Assembly: GCA_028713655.1 (NCBI GenBank)
Contig: JAQTNW010000009.1
Coordinates: 8,474 to 72,473 of the forward strand
DNA length: 64,000 nucleotides
Reading direction: 5' to 3'
Source of the DNA: Candidatus Methylacidiphilales bacterium
GTDB taxonomy: Bacteria > Verrucomicrobiota > Verrucomicrobiia > Methylacidiphilales > JAAUTS01
Each line of letters begins with the position of its first letter. Within the stretch, counting starts at the first letter, position 1. A program made the position numbers and the translations under genes. The notes beneath the pieces were generated by a model. The model did not search any database, had not been told where the DNA came from, and saw only the letters and a list, made by a program, of their open reading frames with translations. Positions 16,099 to 26,293 of this stretch are shown here, one piece after another.

Positions 16099-16697
16099 TT
16101 TTGGCTTTTCCGCCTTGTGCGAGGAGAAGATTTTTTCGACGGCAGGGCGCGTCCGGTGAAGACCGCGAGATATTTGACCTTGGCCGTCAAAGGCTCCAGA
16201 TCATGTTCCTCCTCGGAATTGAAATAGAGGGAATCTCCGGGGCCCAGGGTGTGGGTGGTGTCGCCCACCCGGTAACGCATCCGGCCCTCCAGAACATAGA
16301 CAAATTCCTCACCGCAATGAGCCAGGACTCCCCGTTTGATTTTGCCCCGCTCGGCAGTGAAAATAAACGGCTGCATGATTTTATCCGCGCGTTTCGCAGC
16401 CAGGAGGTAAAATCCATAGCCCTTGTCCGTCTGTGCAGCCGCGCTATGGGTCCGCTCCCGGGCCAGACTTAGGACCGTCGGGGAATCCTGGCCGCCATCG
16501 AGAAGATTTCCCAGGCTGACGCCGAGTGCTGCGGCAATCTTAGTGAGTGTCGCCACGGGCGGCGTCGTTTTTCCCGATTCGATCTTGGAAAGGAGGCTGA
16601 CGGTGAAGCCGCAGCGTTTCGAAATATCCAGCAAAGTCCGTTGCTGGCGCAGGCGCAGCCTGCGGATTCGCGAGCCCAACTCATTCATCGAATCCAT
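16095..16697 (-). CDS. XRE-family transcriptional regulator with C-terminal cupin domain
   Basis: HTH LGSRIRRLRLRQQRTLLDISKRCGFTVSLLSKIESGK. Cupin HCGEEFVYVLEGRMRYRVGD...GDSLYFNSEEEH. Confidence 0.85.
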   Translation of the reverse strand: MDSMNELGSRIRRLRLRQQRTLLDISKRCGFTVSLLSKIESGKTTPPVATLTKIAAALGVSLGNLLDGGQDSPTVLSLARERTHSAAAQTDKGYGFYLLAAKRADKIMQPFIFTAERGKIKRGVLAHCGEEFVYVLEGRMRYRVGDTTHTLGPGDSLYFNSEEEHDLEPLTAKVKYLAVFTGRALPSKKSSPRTRRKSQK

Positions 16698-16798
16698 CCT
16701 GATGGAACAAGGGTGTAATTCAAGTACTATTCTTGATATTCAAACAGTTTGAATTTGATTGGGTGCGAAAACAAGGGGGCCGCCGGGCGCATCGAGGG

Positions 16799-16890
16799 TT
16801 GACCCGGATGCAGTTGCGCCCTTATTCCGCGCGGCCTTTTGGCAAGACCCTTTGGAGGGCTTTCCAGAGGCGGGTGAAACATCCGCGCTA
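16799..16890 (-). repeat. R1 element, degenerate copy (minus orientation)
   Basis: Collinear with 3797-3888: TGACCCGGATGC...CTTTGGAGGGCTTTCCAGAGGCGGGTGAAACATCCGCGCTA. The stem is only partly complementary. Confidence 0.6.
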
Positions 16891-17349
16891 AGGCAACAGC
16901 ACCAGCGCATGCATCATATAGTCGGTCCACTGTTGCCAGGTCAGGATTCCTTCCAGGCTGGAACCATCTTCATAGGGGCACCAGACCTTCAATCCATCCG
17001 CGTCCGCGTCCAGGAGCAGCATGCAGTGGTAAATCGCGGATAATTCCCCGTCCACAAGCATGCGTTCCGTGTAAAGAAAAATTCCGCTGACATGCCGGTC
17101 GCCATAATGACTTTGATACTTTAGCACCAGATCCTTGTCCACGGTTACGATGCTGTTTTTTGCAATGCCCAAATCCCGGGCAATCTCCAAAATCGAAAAC
17201 TCATTGGTCGAACCGGGTTGCCGGAACCAGGAGGTGTATTTTCTCGAAAACTCATCCAGGAAATCGGCTTCGGCGATATCGCGGCCATTCCGCCCCGCCA
17301 ATTCGATCAGACAGCGGCATGCATTTCCAAATGTGTTAAGGTTTTGCAT
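16888..17349 (-). CDS. Hypothetical cytoplasmic protein; possible papain-like (C39-like) cysteine peptidase fold
   Basis: 153 aa. N-terminal QNLNTFGNACRCLIELAGRNG and C-terminal IYHCMLLLDADADGLKVWCPYEDG resemble the Q..C..CL / H-strand-turn-acidic layout of C39-type domains. Weak, by eye only. Confidence 0.45.
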   Translation of the reverse strand: MQNLNTFGNACRCLIELAGRNGRDIAEADFLDEFSRKYTSWFRQPGSTNEFSILEIARDLGIAKNSIVTVDKDLVLKYQSHYGDRHVSGIFLYTERMLVDGELSAIYHCMLLLDADADGLKVWCPYEDGSSLEGILTWQQWTDYMMHALVLLP

Positions 17350-17592
17350 ATGAATACCTGTCCGGCGCCGTCTAACGCAGATCGGAATATAAAAGCGAAA
17401 CTCTAAATATCAGGATTTCTCCAAATGCTAATCCCCCTGAATTTTTATCACCATGAGCTCATCCAAACTGCCTGATGTAATTCTGGCCTCGGGTTAAACG
17501 AAGAGCGAGTCAAATAAGCGAGGACATATCGCATATTCATCCGTTCGCACATTCCCGCTGGCTTTTACAATGGCCTCTGCTAAATTGCAGTC

Positions 17593-18507
17593 ATGTCCCT
17601 AACCCGGATGCGAATGCCTCACCCGCTTCTGAAAAGCCCTCAAGGTACTGGACAAGAAGAGGGTAACCAAGCATCCGGGTTAAATGCAAAACCGTCTGAA
17701 TGGGATTTTTTATTGAAACATAAACTCCAAATTTTGAGGCGGTTTTGCAATAGCCTGCATGCTCCCGGAGTTTTCCTTCCTCCTCGCAGGAAAGAAAGAC
17801 ATGCGGCGCAATTTCCAAAGAAGACTGAGGCATGCAGGCTAAAGCATCTGGTTTTGGGAGTTGGTTTTGCGTGTTTATCCCTCGCGCTCACTGCAGCCGC
17901 CGGCGACAAGGATTTCGGGCGCGACCCCGAAGCCATTTATTTCAGCGATCTTGGCGACCAAAAACCCATTATCCTCAAGGTCGAAAAAGTCGTCGGAGTT
18001 TATGCCGACCGGAACCTGAGCGCCTACATGCGCAATTTCCAGGCAGGCGATGACGTCCAATTGCTGGCCTATAACCCCGATGCCTACTTTGTCAGGCACC
18101 TCAAAAGCGGATACGAAGGCTGGGTGGCAAAGGAAAATCTCAGTAAAATCGACAAAGACCAGTTGGACACCCTTCTCGCGCGTGTGGAGGAGGAACGAAA
18201 ATTTGCCGATGCCATAAAAAGGAAGGAGGTCCTGCCCGGCATGACGTTCGACCATGTCAAGGCTGCTCTGGGCAAGCCCACCAGCAAAACCTTCAGGCAG
18301 GATGAAAACGGGCGTTTTGACAAATGGTCGTACATCGATTACGAAACCCGTTATGTAAGCCAGCCGTATTTTGATTCCCGGCAAGGCGCTTATGTCAACT
18401 TGCCCGTGGCAATCAAGGTCGCCGTGGGATCTCTCAACGTGGAATTCAAGAGCGGGCGGGTCACGGCCATTGAACGCACCCGTGACAAAAACGCCGGGGC
18501 AAATTAA
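17593..18507 (+). CDS. Secreted SH3-domain plus SmpA/OmlA (BamE-like) domain protein
   Basis: Signal-like [21 protein letters not shown]3b-like [32 protein letters not shown]. BamE-like [19 protein letters not shown]. The first ~85 codons are repeat R1 sequence, so the real start is probably CTG/TTG near 17848-17854. Confidence 0.6.
   Translation: MSLTRMRMPHPLLKSPQGTGQEEGNQASGLNAKPSEWDFLLKHKLQILRRFCNSLHAPGVFLPPRRKERHAAQFPKKTEACRLKHLVLGVGFACLSLALTAAAGDKDFGRDPEAIYFSDLGDQKPIILKVEKVVGVYADRNLSAYMRNFQAGDDVQLLAYNPDAYFVRHLKSGYEGWVAKENLSKIDKDQLDTLLARVEEERKFADAIKRKEVLPGMTFDHVKAALGKPTSKTFRQDENGRFDKWSYIDYETRYVSQPYFDSRQGAYVNLPVAIKVAVGSLNVEFKSGRVTAIERTRDKNAGAN
17600..17760 (+). repeat. R1 element, copy with second hairpin
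   Basis: TAACCCGGATGC (17600) pairs with GCATCCGGGTTA (17671). Then AAAACCGTC...GGCGGTTTTGCAATAGCCTGCAT, shared with 42690-42773. Confidence 0.75.
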
Positions 18508-20054
18508 CCCCAGAGCTGCCGGTCCAGGGAACGGTATTGCACCGCTTCACTGACATGGTCTGTCGTGACCTGTTCGGAATCCGCCAGATCCGCTATGGTG
18601 CGGGCGACTTTTAAAATCCGGTCATAGGCCCGCGCGCTGAGGTTCATATTCTCCATCGCATACTTGAGAATGTTCCGGCTGTCGTTGTCAATCGGGGCAA
18701 AGGCCTGGATTTGTTTGGGCCCCATCAGCGCGTTGCACCAGATCGCTTTTCCCGAAAAACGCCTTCGCTGGAGCTCACGCGCCTTCTCCACCCGTTCACG
18801 GATCGTCCCGGTGCTTTCACCCGAAGGAGCGGAAAGCAATTGCTCATGTTTGAGCGCCGGGACCTCAACGTGCAGGTCAATCCGGTCGAGCAGCGGCCCG
18901 GAAATCCGGTTCAAATAGCGTTGAACAGCAGTTGCCGAAACCCTCCCTTTTTGCGCATCCCCGGAACTGCCGGTGGGCGTCGGATTCATCGCCCCGACAA
19001 ACATAAACCGCGCCGGAAAAGTCAGCGTTCCCGCCGCGCGCGAAATCGTCACTCTCCCGTCTTCAAGCGGCTGGCGGAGCACCTCCAGGGCCGAGCGCTT
19101 GAATTCCGGCAATTCGTCCAGAAACAAAACGCCGTTGTGCGCGAGGCTCACCTCGCCCGGCATCGGCTGGGCCGAGCCGCCTATCAATCCAATATCAGAA
19201 ATTGTGTGGTGTGGAGAACGAAACGGACGCACAGCGACCAGCGCCTGCCCCGCCGGCAAAAGTCCAACCACACTGTGGATCTTGGTGGTTTCGAGAGCTT
19301 CCGGCAGGGACATGCGGGGCAGGATGCCGGGCAGGCGCTTGGCCAGCATGCTCTTTCCCGAACCCGGCGGGCCGATCATAAGCAGATTGTGGCCTCCCGC
19401 CGCGGCGATCTCCAGCGAGCGCTTGACGCTTTCCTGGCCTTTCACATCCGCAAAATCCAGATCGTTGTCATAGGCCGTCCCATTTTCAAACAGGCCTGTG
19501 CGATGAGGCGAGGCGGCAATCTCGGTTTTTTCCTCCAGAAACTCGGATGCCGATCTGAGGTTTTTGACCGGATACACATTCAGACCCTCAACCACCGACG
19601 CCTCGGCTGCATTCTCCACCGGCACCAGAATGCCTCCGAAGCCGGCCTTTTTTGCCAGCAACGCAATGGGCAGCACTCCTTTCACCCGCCGCACCGCACC
19701 CGTCAGTGCCAGTTCCCCGACGGCCAGCAGCCTTTCTTTGCGGTCATTCCGGCATTGCCCCGATGCCAGCAAAATTCCCAGGGCTATGGGCAGATCAAAA
19801 CTGGGGCCTTCCTTGCGGAGATCCGCCGGAGCCAGATTGACCGTGACGCGGTTCCCCGGATGATTGTAGGCGCTGTTGAGAATGGCTGTGCGGACGCGGT
19901 CGCGCGATTCCTTGACGGCTGTATCGGGCAAACCGACCACGACGAATTCCGGCAAGCCCTGGCCCACGCAGGCGCCGACATTGACTTCGACTTCCACCGG
20001 GAAGGCCTGAACTCCAACCACGGACGCGGATTTGATCTGCGAAAGCATGAACAA
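18504..20054 (-). CDS. YifB/ComM-family Mg-chelatase-like AAA+ ATPase
   Basis: 516 aa. Lon-like N-terminal domain, Walker [20 protein letters not shown]-terminal [19 protein letters not shown]. Confidence 0.9.
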   Translation of the reverse strand: MFMLSQIKSASVVGVQAFPVEVEVNVGACVGQGLPEFVVVGLPDTAVKESRDRVRTAILNSAYNHPGNRVTVNLAPADLRKEGPSFDLPIALGILLASGQCRNDRKERLLAVGELALTGAVRRVKGVLPIALLAKKAGFGGILVPVENAAEASVVEGLNVYPVKNLRSASEFLEEKTEIAASPHRTGLFENGTAYDNDLDFADVKGQESVKRSLEIAAAGGHNLLMIGPPGSGKSMLAKRLPGILPRMSLPEALETTKIHSVVGLLPAGQALVAVRPFRSPHHTISDIGLIGGSAQPMPGEVSLAHNGVLFLDELPEFKRSALEVLRQPLEDGRVTISRAAGTLTFPARFMFVGAMNPTPTGSSGDAQKGRVSATAVQRYLNRISGPLLDRIDLHVEVPALKHEQLLSAPSGESTGTIRERVEKARELQRRRFSGKAIWCNALMGPKQIQAFAPIDNDSRNILKYAMENMNLSARAYDRILKVARTIADLADSEQVTTDHVSEAVQYRSLDRQLWG

Positions 20055-20185
20055 CCTAAACTTTTAATAAACGCAACTGTTGTTGAAATAACGCTACTGG
20101 AATGTTACGAACAGGTTACATATGAAGTGCCGTCGATTTTGTTTTTCCATTGGAAATTCTCAACGTCCTCTGGCATGATCCGCCC

Positions 20186-20731
20186 ATGCGATCCCATTAT
20201 TTTACGTTCATACTACTCCTGGTTGCGCTAACTCAGGGAGGCTTCAATCCGGCCGTGGCCGGAGAACTCGATAACCCGACCTTCATCCTCCATCTCGAAA
20301 GGTCCCACACCAAACAACTCAAGGACGATGCCAAATTGGGGCATGGCAAAACAACCGACACCACCATCAGCTTCCTGCTGGATGTTAGCAACCTGCATCC
20401 AAATCCCACCGATGAAATCCAAGCCCGGGTCTGCGTGGTCACCGAGCCTAATGACTGGAAAGACAAGCCCACCCTGACAGCCAGTATTTTGCCGGCAAAA
20501 ACCGGCCTCAAGGCCGATGCTCAAACCACAGTCACGCTGAATATTGGCGAGTTGGAGGTAAAAGAGCTGAATACCACCAATGTAAATACCAACATGCTGT
20601 GGCGCGGTGGCACCAAATTGGCCGGATATCAAGTCGATATCACTTATAAAGGCCAGGTCGTGCTGACGGAAAACAGCGGCGGCGCGAAAGCGCACAAGGC
20701 GATTGAAGACCTGCTCGCCGGCAATAAATAG
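20186..20731 (+). CDS. Secreted hypothetical protein
   Basis: MRSHYFTFILLLVALTQGGFNPAVA signal peptide. Beta-rich, no recognisable motif. Confidence 0.5.
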   Translation: MRSHYFTFILLLVALTQGGFNPAVAGELDNPTFILHLERSHTKQLKDDAKLGHGKTTDTTISFLLDVSNLHPNPTDEIQARVCVVTEPNDWKDKPTLTASILPAKTGLKADAQTTVTLNIGELEVKELNTTNVNTNMLWRGGTKLAGYQVDITYKGQVVLTENSGGAKAHKAIEDLLAGNK

Positions 20732-20747
20732 CGCGCTGCAATGGGAA

Positions 20748-21356
20748 TCAAGGCTGGCTTCCCGGTTTCTCCGGTATCGGATGTGCCGTATAAGATTCAT
20801 GAGTCTTATTCCGATACTGCAAACGGGCCCGCGTCATACGCTCACGCAGGCCGCCCTGTTTGAGAAAATCCTTCTCCAACCGGCGGAGCTGCTGGTCGAG
20901 CAGATAGTTCGTCTGGTGGATGAGGCAAAGCGCAATATTGGCCACGACTTCCGGCGGGCGGGTTTCCACATAAGTTCTATAAGTCTCATAGGACTGGTGA
21001 GGCTGGCAGCCGAGTTTGCGGACAAATAGAGCCTCCTTTGAGTTCTTATCCCAGATTCCAAAATCCCGCACCCGCAGAAAATCCCGGTAATCCAGGAGCA
21101 GTTCTTCCAGGCTTGCGCGGGCCACATTCGTGAGCTTGAGCTCCATTTCCTTGGAAGTGCCGGAGGCTTTGCTGGCCTCGGCAATGTTTTGTTTGCCGGA
21201 TCGTGAGGCCTGCACCATCTGGTCTATGGTGCGGTCGCCTTTTCTGAGGAAACGTTGGCAGAAGCGGAAGGTGAGGTCATACACCAGCTCCGCTTTCTGG
21301 TAGGAAAGCAGTTCGGCATAGTTGCCGTGCGGGGGGAGAAGGTTTTCTTCAGACAT
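20748..21356 (-). CDS. Four-helix-bundle protein (23S rRNA intervening-sequence protein / Avd family) with C-terminal suffix domain
   Basis: LSYQKAELVYDLTFRFCQRF...DQMVQASRSGKQNIAEASKASGTSKEMELKLTNVARASLEELLLDY matches the family pattern as I recall it. Confidence 0.7.
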   Translation of the reverse strand: MSEENLLPPHGNYAELLSYQKAELVYDLTFRFCQRFLRKGDRTIDQMVQASRSGKQNIAEASKASGTSKEMELKLTNVARASLEELLLDYRDFLRVRDFGIWDKNSKEALFVRKLGCQPHQSYETYRTYVETRPPEVVANIALCLIHQTNYLLDQQLRRLEKDFLKQGGLRERMTRARLQYRNKTHESYTAHPIPEKPGSQP

Positions 21357-21425
21357 GGGTCATGTGCGTCATATTGGACTTATTTTTAGAAATCTGCTGA
21401 TTCCCATTATTTCTCATACCGCTCC

Positions 21426-21806
21426 TCACGAATTCCGCCGCGTCAATTCAAACGCTGCCGGGATCAGATGGCACTCCGGCGGCCCGCTCGATTTGAGAAA
21501 AACTTCCACCACATCAAAACGCACCGGCATGTCCTGCAGCTTGATTTCCTCCAGATATGCCATGGCCGTGCGCAGTATGCGGCGTTGCTTGGACGGCGTG
21601 ACCGCTTCCGCCGGTGAGCCCCACGATTCCGGGCTGCGCGCCTTGACTTCCACAAACACCAGCACCCCTTTATGCCTGCAAACAAGGTCGATTTCCCCCC
21701 AGCGCGAACGGTAGTTGCGCACCAGCGGCTTGTAGTGTTGCCGCTTCAGGAAAGCACAGGCGGCTTCCTCGCCAAAATCTCCGCGCCCCTTGCGGTCACC
21801 CGGCAA
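21426..21806 (-). CDS. yraN: YraN-family (UPF0102) endonuclease-like protein
   Basis: [47 protein letters not shown]. The ORF runs to 21926 but overlaps rnhB; the in-frame TTG at 21806 gives a typical ~125-aa size. Confidence 0.75.
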   Translation of the reverse strand: MPGDRKGRGDFGEEAACAFLKRQHYKPLVRNYRSRWGEIDLVCRHKGVLVFVEVKARSPESWGSPAEAVTPSKQRRILRTAMAYLEEIKLQDMPVRFDVVEVFLKSSGPPECHLIPAAFELTRRNS

Positions 21807-22428
21807 ACGAGAGTAGGCGCTGCGCCACGGGGGCAAAACTGCGGCGATGGATGGGGCAAGGCCCCAGGCGTTCCAAAGCCTTTTGGTGGACGGCAGTTCC
21901 GTATCCTTTGTGGCGGGCAAATCCATAACCGGGGAATTGCGCTTCCGCCTCTTCCATCAGGCGGTCGCGGGTTTCCTTGGCCAGAATTGAAGCAGCGGCA
22001 ATCGACGGACATTGTGAATCTCCTTTGACAATTGCGTGAATTTTCACGGGAAGCTTCGGCATCTGCGAACCGTCAATCAGGGCCAGGTCCACCATCACTC
22101 CCACGCCCGCCAATGCGCGGGCCATGGCCAAAAAAGTCGCCTGCAATATATTTACGCGGTCCACTTCCTCGACGCTCGCCTGACCCACCGCCCAACTCAA
22201 CCCGTCGGCCCCAGAAATTTCGGCATACAAACGACGACGCTCGGCACGGGACAATTTTTTGGAATCGTTAAGCCCCTCCGGCCAGGTTTCATGCTTCAGG
22301 AAAACGCAGGCCGCCGCTACAACAGGCCCCGCAAGACAACCTCGCCCGGCTTCATCAATGCCCGCAATCACCCTTGCCCCGGACTCAAGGGCCTTGTGTT
22401 CGTAATGCCAGGAAAGCCCGCTTTTCAT
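21796..22428 (-). CDS. rnhB: Ribonuclease HII
   Basis: [26 protein letters not shown], catalytic-type motifs and typical 210-aa length. Confidence 0.9.
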   Translation of the reverse strand: MKSGLSWHYEHKALESGARVIAGIDEAGRGCLAGPVVAAACVFLKHETWPEGLNDSKKLSRAERRRLYAEISGADGLSWAVGQASVEEVDRVNILQATFLAMARALAGVGVMVDLALIDGSQMPKLPVKIHAIVKGDSQCPSIAAASILAKETRDRLMEEAEAQFPGYGFARHKGYGTAVHQKALERLGPCPIHRRSFAPVAQRLLSFAG

Positions 22429-22449
22429 GCCTCAAGAATGAAGCACGCC

Positions 22450-22827
22450 TTATTTCTTTTTCTTGGCGGCGCGGACCGGCTGCTTGCTCTTTTCTTCCGA
22501 CTTCACTTCCATCGCGCCCTTGAGGCCGCGCAGGTAATAAAGACGGGAGCGGCGCACGCGTCCGGCGATTTCAACAGCAATTTTTTCGATGAACGGAGAA
22601 TGCAGCGGAAACACGCGCTCCACACCCTCGCCATAGCTGATGCGGCGGACCGTGAAGGTCTCGTTCAGGCCGCGGCCTTTGCGCGCGATCACAACGCCCG
22701 AATAATTCTGGATGCGTTCCTTGTCGCCTTCCTTCACGCGGGAGGAAACCTTGATGGTGTCGCCCACCTTGAATTTGGAGACGTCCTTTTTTAACTGTTC
22801 ACTTTCGATTTTGTCTATCACGTTCAT
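22450..22827 (-). CDS. rplS: 50S ribosomal protein L19
   Basis: [27 protein letters not shown]...[44 protein letters not shown] at 22827. Confidence 0.9.
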   Translation of the reverse strand: MNVIDKIESEQLKKDVSKFKVGDTIKVSSRVKEGDKERIQNYSGVVIARKGRGLNETFTVRRISYGEGVERVFPLHSPFIEKIAVEIAGRVRRSRLYYLRGLKGAMEVKSEEKSKQPVRAAKKKK

Positions 22828-23530
22828 CGCATATACCTTCCAATTTTTCACTCGCGAGCAGATCCTTGCGGCGTTCCAACGTCCGCCGGTCGGCCTGCTC
22901 TTTTCTCCACGCGGCAATGGCCGCATGATTGCCTGTCATCAAAATCTCCGGGACCTTTTTGCCCCGAAACTCCTCCGGACGCGTGTACTGCGGCCCTTCC
23001 AGCGCCGCCTCCGGTCCGAATGAATCCATTCTCGCCGAATCTTCGTTCCCCAGCACCCCGGGCAACAACCGCACCACCGCATCAATCACCACCAGGGCGG
23101 CAATCGTGCCGTTCGTCAGCACATAATCGCCAATCGACAATTCCTCGTCGATCCAGCCTTCGCGCACCCGTTCGTCGATGCCTTCATAATGTCCACTGAC
23201 AAAAATCAACCGTGGCAGCTTTGCATACTCCAAGGCCTTGGCCTGGTCAAAGCGGGCGCCTTCGGGCGTCAAATAAATCACACGCCCCTTTCCCGGCCCC
23301 ATTTCCTGCACCGCTTCCAAACATTCCACCAGAGGCTCGCACTTCATCACCATCCCGGGACCGCCCCCGAACGGACGGTCATCCACCGTGCGATGCTTGT
23401 CGTGCGCATACTTGCGAATGTCATGCACTCCGACTTGTACCTGGCCGCCCTGCTGCGCCCGTTTCAAAATACTCGATTGCAACGGGCTCTCCAGCATCTC
23501 CGGAAACAGCGTCAGAACATCAATTTTCAC
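22799..23530 (-). CDS. trmD: tRNA (guanine37-N1)-methyltransferase
   Basis: [12 protein letters not shown]...[20 protein letters not shown]...[11 protein letters not shown]...IGDYVLTNG. Confidence 0.9.
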   Translation of the reverse strand: MKIDVLTLFPEMLESPLQSSILKRAQQGGQVQVGVHDIRKYAHDKHRTVDDRPFGGGPGMVMKCEPLVECLEAVQEMGPGKGRVIYLTPEGARFDQAKALEYAKLPRLIFVSGHYEGIDERVREGWIDEELSIGDYVLTNGTIAALVVIDAVVRLLPGVLGNEDSARMDSFGPEAALEGPQYTRPEEFRGKKVPEILMTGNHAAIAAWRKEQADRRTLERRKDLLASEKLEGICDERDRQNRK

Positions 23531-23778
23531 GCCTGTTCCGAAGGGCCCGTTTCCGCAATCTCAACAAAAATCCGTTTGTCCGTTTTGACCGATGCGGCAT
23601 TGCACAGGTTGCGGATCGCGGAAATGGTTCTTCCCTTCTTTCCGATCACCCGCCCGACGTCCTGCGGGTTCAAATGCACCCAATAGGTCGAGCTGTCAGG
23701 CCTTTCCTCCACCTCGACATCCACTTCTTCCGCATGCTGCACAAGGGAGGAAACGACAAACTCCACAAAATACTTCAT
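23527..23778 (-). CDS. KH-domain RNA-binding protein (UPF0109/YlqC-like)
   Basis: 83 aa. VGRVIGKKGRTISAIRNL (GxxG KH loop). Sits between rpsP and trmD. Confidence 0.8.
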   Translation of the reverse strand: MKYFVEFVVSSLVQHAEEVDVEVEERPDSSTYWVHLNPQDVGRVIGKKGRTISAIRNLCNAASVKTDKRIFVEIAETGPSEQA

Positions 23779-23802
23779 AGGCGGTGCCGCGCGCCATCGG
23801 GA

Positions 23803-24063
23803 TTAGCTCGCCGCGGCGGCGGTTTTGTTGCGGGCCTTTTTAATCAGGGTTCGCACCGTGTCGGAGGCTTTCGCACCCTGGCCGATCCAGTAATCGATGC
23901 GTTCCAGCTTGAGCGCCGACTCCTGGTTTTTCTCAATCGGATCATACGAGCCGATCATTTCAATAAACTTGCCGTCGCGGGGGCTGCGTTTGTCGGCCAC
24001 CACAATACGGTAGAAGGGCCGGTTTTTGGTCCCTTCACGACGAAGACGAATTACTACTGCCAT
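23803..24063 (-). CDS. rpsP: 30S ribosomal protein S16
   Basis: [42 protein letters not shown]. Confidence 0.9.
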   Translation of the reverse strand: MAVVIRLRREGTKNRPFYRIVVADKRSPRDGKFIEMIGSYDPIEKNQESALKLERIDYWIGQGAKASDTVRTLIKKARNKTAAAAS

Positions 24064-24081
24064 AAGATCTTTCCTCTGCTG

Positions 24082-25422
24082 TTATTTGCCGGCCTGGCGG
24101 GTCATCCCGCCCAACAAGCGCTTCAATTTATTCTCCTGGTTTCCACCCCGGGCCAACTGTCCGACCATTTTTTTCATCGTGCGGAACCGTTGCATCAGCT
24201 CATTGACTTCCGTCACGCTGGTACCGCTTCCCGAAGCGATTCTTTGGCGCCGTTTTGCATTCAAAACGTCCGGCCGCCGCCGTTCCTGCCTGGTCATGGA
24301 GCAAACGATGGCTTCCGTCCTCTTGAACACATTATCGTCCAGAGAGAAATGTTGAATACTACCCATGCCGGGGACCATGCCAAGAAGATTTTGCAAAGGC
24401 CCAAGCTTTTTCAGTTGTTTCATCTGATCCAGAAAGTCCTGCAGGTCAAATTCCGCCTTGAACAGCTTTTCCTGCATCCGGGAGGCGTCCTCCAAATCAA
24501 TCTGTTCCGTGACCTTCTCAGCCAGGCCATAAAGGTCTCCCATGCCCAGCAATCGCTGTACCAGCCGTTCGGCGCGAAAGACTTCAAACTGATCCACCCG
24601 CTCGCCCGTGCCCAGAAACTTCAACGGCATCCCCGTGACGCTTTGCAGTGAAAATGCCGCCCCGCCCCGGGCATCCCCGTCAAACTTCGACAATACAATC
24701 CCGGTCAGCGGCACCTGTTTCTGAAAGGCCTGCGCCACTTCCACCGCACTTTGGCCCAAAGCCGCATCGGCCACCAACAAGGCCTCCTGCGGGCGAATCT
24801 GGCCCATGGCCGACTTTAACTCCTCCAGCAGCTCTTGGTTGATCTCCGTTCGTCCGGCCAAATCATAAATCACGGCATTGTAGGTCCCTTTCGTGGCCTC
24901 AGTCGCGGCGGATGCCAGGTGGCCGGCAAGAGTCGCACCAGCTTCTGGGGCGAACACATCAATGCCGTTTTGCCGGCCCAGGGTCTGCAACTGTTGCACG
25001 GCCGCCGGGCGCATCAAATCCCCCGCCACCAGCAGCACCTTTTCTTTTTGCTTTTTGAGATGGAGCGCCAGCTTGGCGGCCGTGGTGGTCTTGCCCGCGC
25101 CGTTCAAGCCGCACAACGCGATCCGCAAGGGACGTTCCGAAGCCAGGCCTTTGTCCCCGCCCTGAAAAATCGCCAGCAATTCATCATGGACGATTTTGAC
25201 AAATAAATCGCCGGGCCGGATGCTGTTGCGCACCTCCTCGCCCAGCGCCTTTTCCTTCACCCGGTCGCAAAACTGTTTGGCCACCTGGTAATTCACATCG
25301 GCGGCCAGCAAGGCGAGACGCACCTCGCGAAGCGCTTCCGATATGTTGGAATCCGTCAGCTTCCCATACCCGCGCAGGGTTTTGAAGACGCTTTGGAATT
25401 TTTCTGAAAGCTGGTTTAACAT
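24082..25422 (-). CDS. ffh: Signal recognition particle protein Ffh
   Basis: N domain, G domain GLNGAGKTTTAAKLA, DTAGR-type LAGRTE, and a Met-rich M domain (LLGMVPGMG...MTRQERR). Confidence 0.95.
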   Translation of the reverse strand: MLNQLSEKFQSVFKTLRGYGKLTDSNISEALREVRLALLAADVNYQVAKQFCDRVKEKALGEEVRNSIRPGDLFVKIVHDELLAIFQGGDKGLASERPLRIALCGLNGAGKTTTAAKLALHLKKQKEKVLLVAGDLMRPAAVQQLQTLGRQNGIDVFAPEAGATLAGHLASAATEATKGTYNAVIYDLAGRTEINQELLEELKSAMGQIRPQEALLVADAALGQSAVEVAQAFQKQVPLTGIVLSKFDGDARGGAAFSLQSVTGMPLKFLGTGERVDQFEVFRAERLVQRLLGMGDLYGLAEKVTEQIDLEDASRMQEKLFKAEFDLQDFLDQMKQLKKLGPLQNLLGMVPGMGSIQHFSLDDNVFKRTEAIVCSMTRQERRRPDVLNAKRRQRIASGSGTSVTEVNELMQRFRTMKKMVGQLARGGNQENKLKRLLGGMTRQAGK

Positions 25423-25428
25423 CGTTCC

Positions 25429-25463
25429 AGTTTAAAGTTTGAAGTTTCAAGTTTTAAGCTTGG
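25429..25463 (-). repeat. R8 heptamer tandem array
   Basis: AGTTTAA AGTTTGA AGTTTCA AGTTTTA AGCTTGG. 7-bp period; reverse complement of the CTTAAAA/CTGAAAC type. Confidence 0.7.
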
Positions 25464-25613
25464 CGCGCAATCCCTCCATCCTCTTCGGGAGCGCGGGCAT
25501 CCTGCCCGCACCGTTGCGCATCTGGAACACTCGCGATTTATCGGAGTTGCGCAACGGATGCCTTTCAATCCGTTCCCCTCAGGGTGTGTTCCGAGCTTTG
25601 ACTTCTGCATTCT

Positions 25614-25642
25614 GAATTCTAAATTCTAAATTCTAAATTCTA
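25614..25642 (+). repeat. R8 heptamer tandem array
   Basis: GAATTCT AAATTCT AAATTCT AAATTCT. Confidence 0.8.
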
Positions 25643-25649
25643 TTTTTTT

Positions 25650-25684
25650 CCGCGTCTTTGCGACTTACGCCCTCTGCGTTAAAA
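25650..25684 (-). repeat. R6 element (TTAACGCAgAGGGCgTAAGtCGCAAAG), inverted copy
   Basis: CCGCGTCTTTGCGACTTACGCCCTCTGCGTTAAAA is the reverse complement of the R6 consensus seen at 32345, 51011 and 54177. Confidence 0.7.
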
Positions 25685-25691
25685 TTTAAAA

Positions 25692-26258
25692 TTACTTTTC
25701 CCCGAATTCCGCCTCAATATGTTCCAAAATCACATGCAGAATCCACGTATGGATTTCCTGCACGCGCGCGGTATTGTTGCTCGGCACGATCACTTCGTAA
25801 TCCGCCTGGCCCTTGGCCTTGCCGCCGCCCTTGCCCAGGAACGCAACCGTCTTGACCCCCAGCTTTTTCGCCGTTTCCAGCGCCTTCAATTGGTTGGCTG
25901 AATTGCCGCTGCCGCTGAACAGCACCAGGATGTCGCCGGGCTTGCCCAGGGCCTCCACCTGCCGGCTGAAAACCGCCTCGTAACTCCAATCGTTGGCGAT
26001 GCAGGTCAAAGCCGTCACGTCCGCGACCAGCGAGATCGCCGGAAGCGCCCGCCGGTTGCCCCGGTAACGCCCCACCAGTTCCTCGGCCATGTGCAGCGCA
26101 TCCGCCGCGCTGCCGCCGTTTCCGCAGGTCAGGAGCTTGTTCCCTTTGTGAAAACAGTCCGCAAATACGGGCAGGATGGCTTCCACATGGGGCAAGACCG
26201 ATTTGAAACGCTGGACAACCTCGTTCAATTCCTCCAATTGTTCTTGTAAGCTGGGCAT
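25692..26258 (-). CDS. gmhA: SIS-domain phosphoheptose isomerase (GmhA-like)
   Basis: LLTCGNGGSAADALHMAEEL...DILVLFSGSGNSANQLKALETAKKLG...QEIHTWILHVILE. Confidence 0.85.
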   Translation of the reverse strand: MPSLQEQLEELNEVVQRFKSVLPHVEAILPVFADCFHKGNKLLTCGNGGSAADALHMAEELVGRYRGNRRALPAISLVADVTALTCIANDWSYEAVFSRQVEALGKPGDILVLFSGSGNSANQLKALETAKKLGVKTVAFLGKGGGKAKGQADYEVIVPSNNTARVQEIHTWILHVILEHIEAEFGEK

Positions 26259-26293
26259 AGGACTACGTTTCTAGCGCGGCCTTCCAATTTGTC

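Noticed and set aside
18711-20231. 506-aa ORF antisense to the YifB/ComM gene
   Set aside because: It is a shadow ORF. It is Arg/Gln/His-rich and not protein-like.
23212-24651. 479-aa plus-strand ORF spanning the trmD, KH, rpsP and ffh region
   Set aside because: It runs antisense across four well-supported minus-strand genes, including their intergenic gaps. It cannot be a real gene.
25423-25691. ffh-gmhA spacer, considered for an SRP RNA (ffs) or other ncRNA
   Set aside because: The sequence breaks down fully into R8 heptamer arrays, an R4-type hairpin and an inverted R6 element. No SRP RNA consensus is present.
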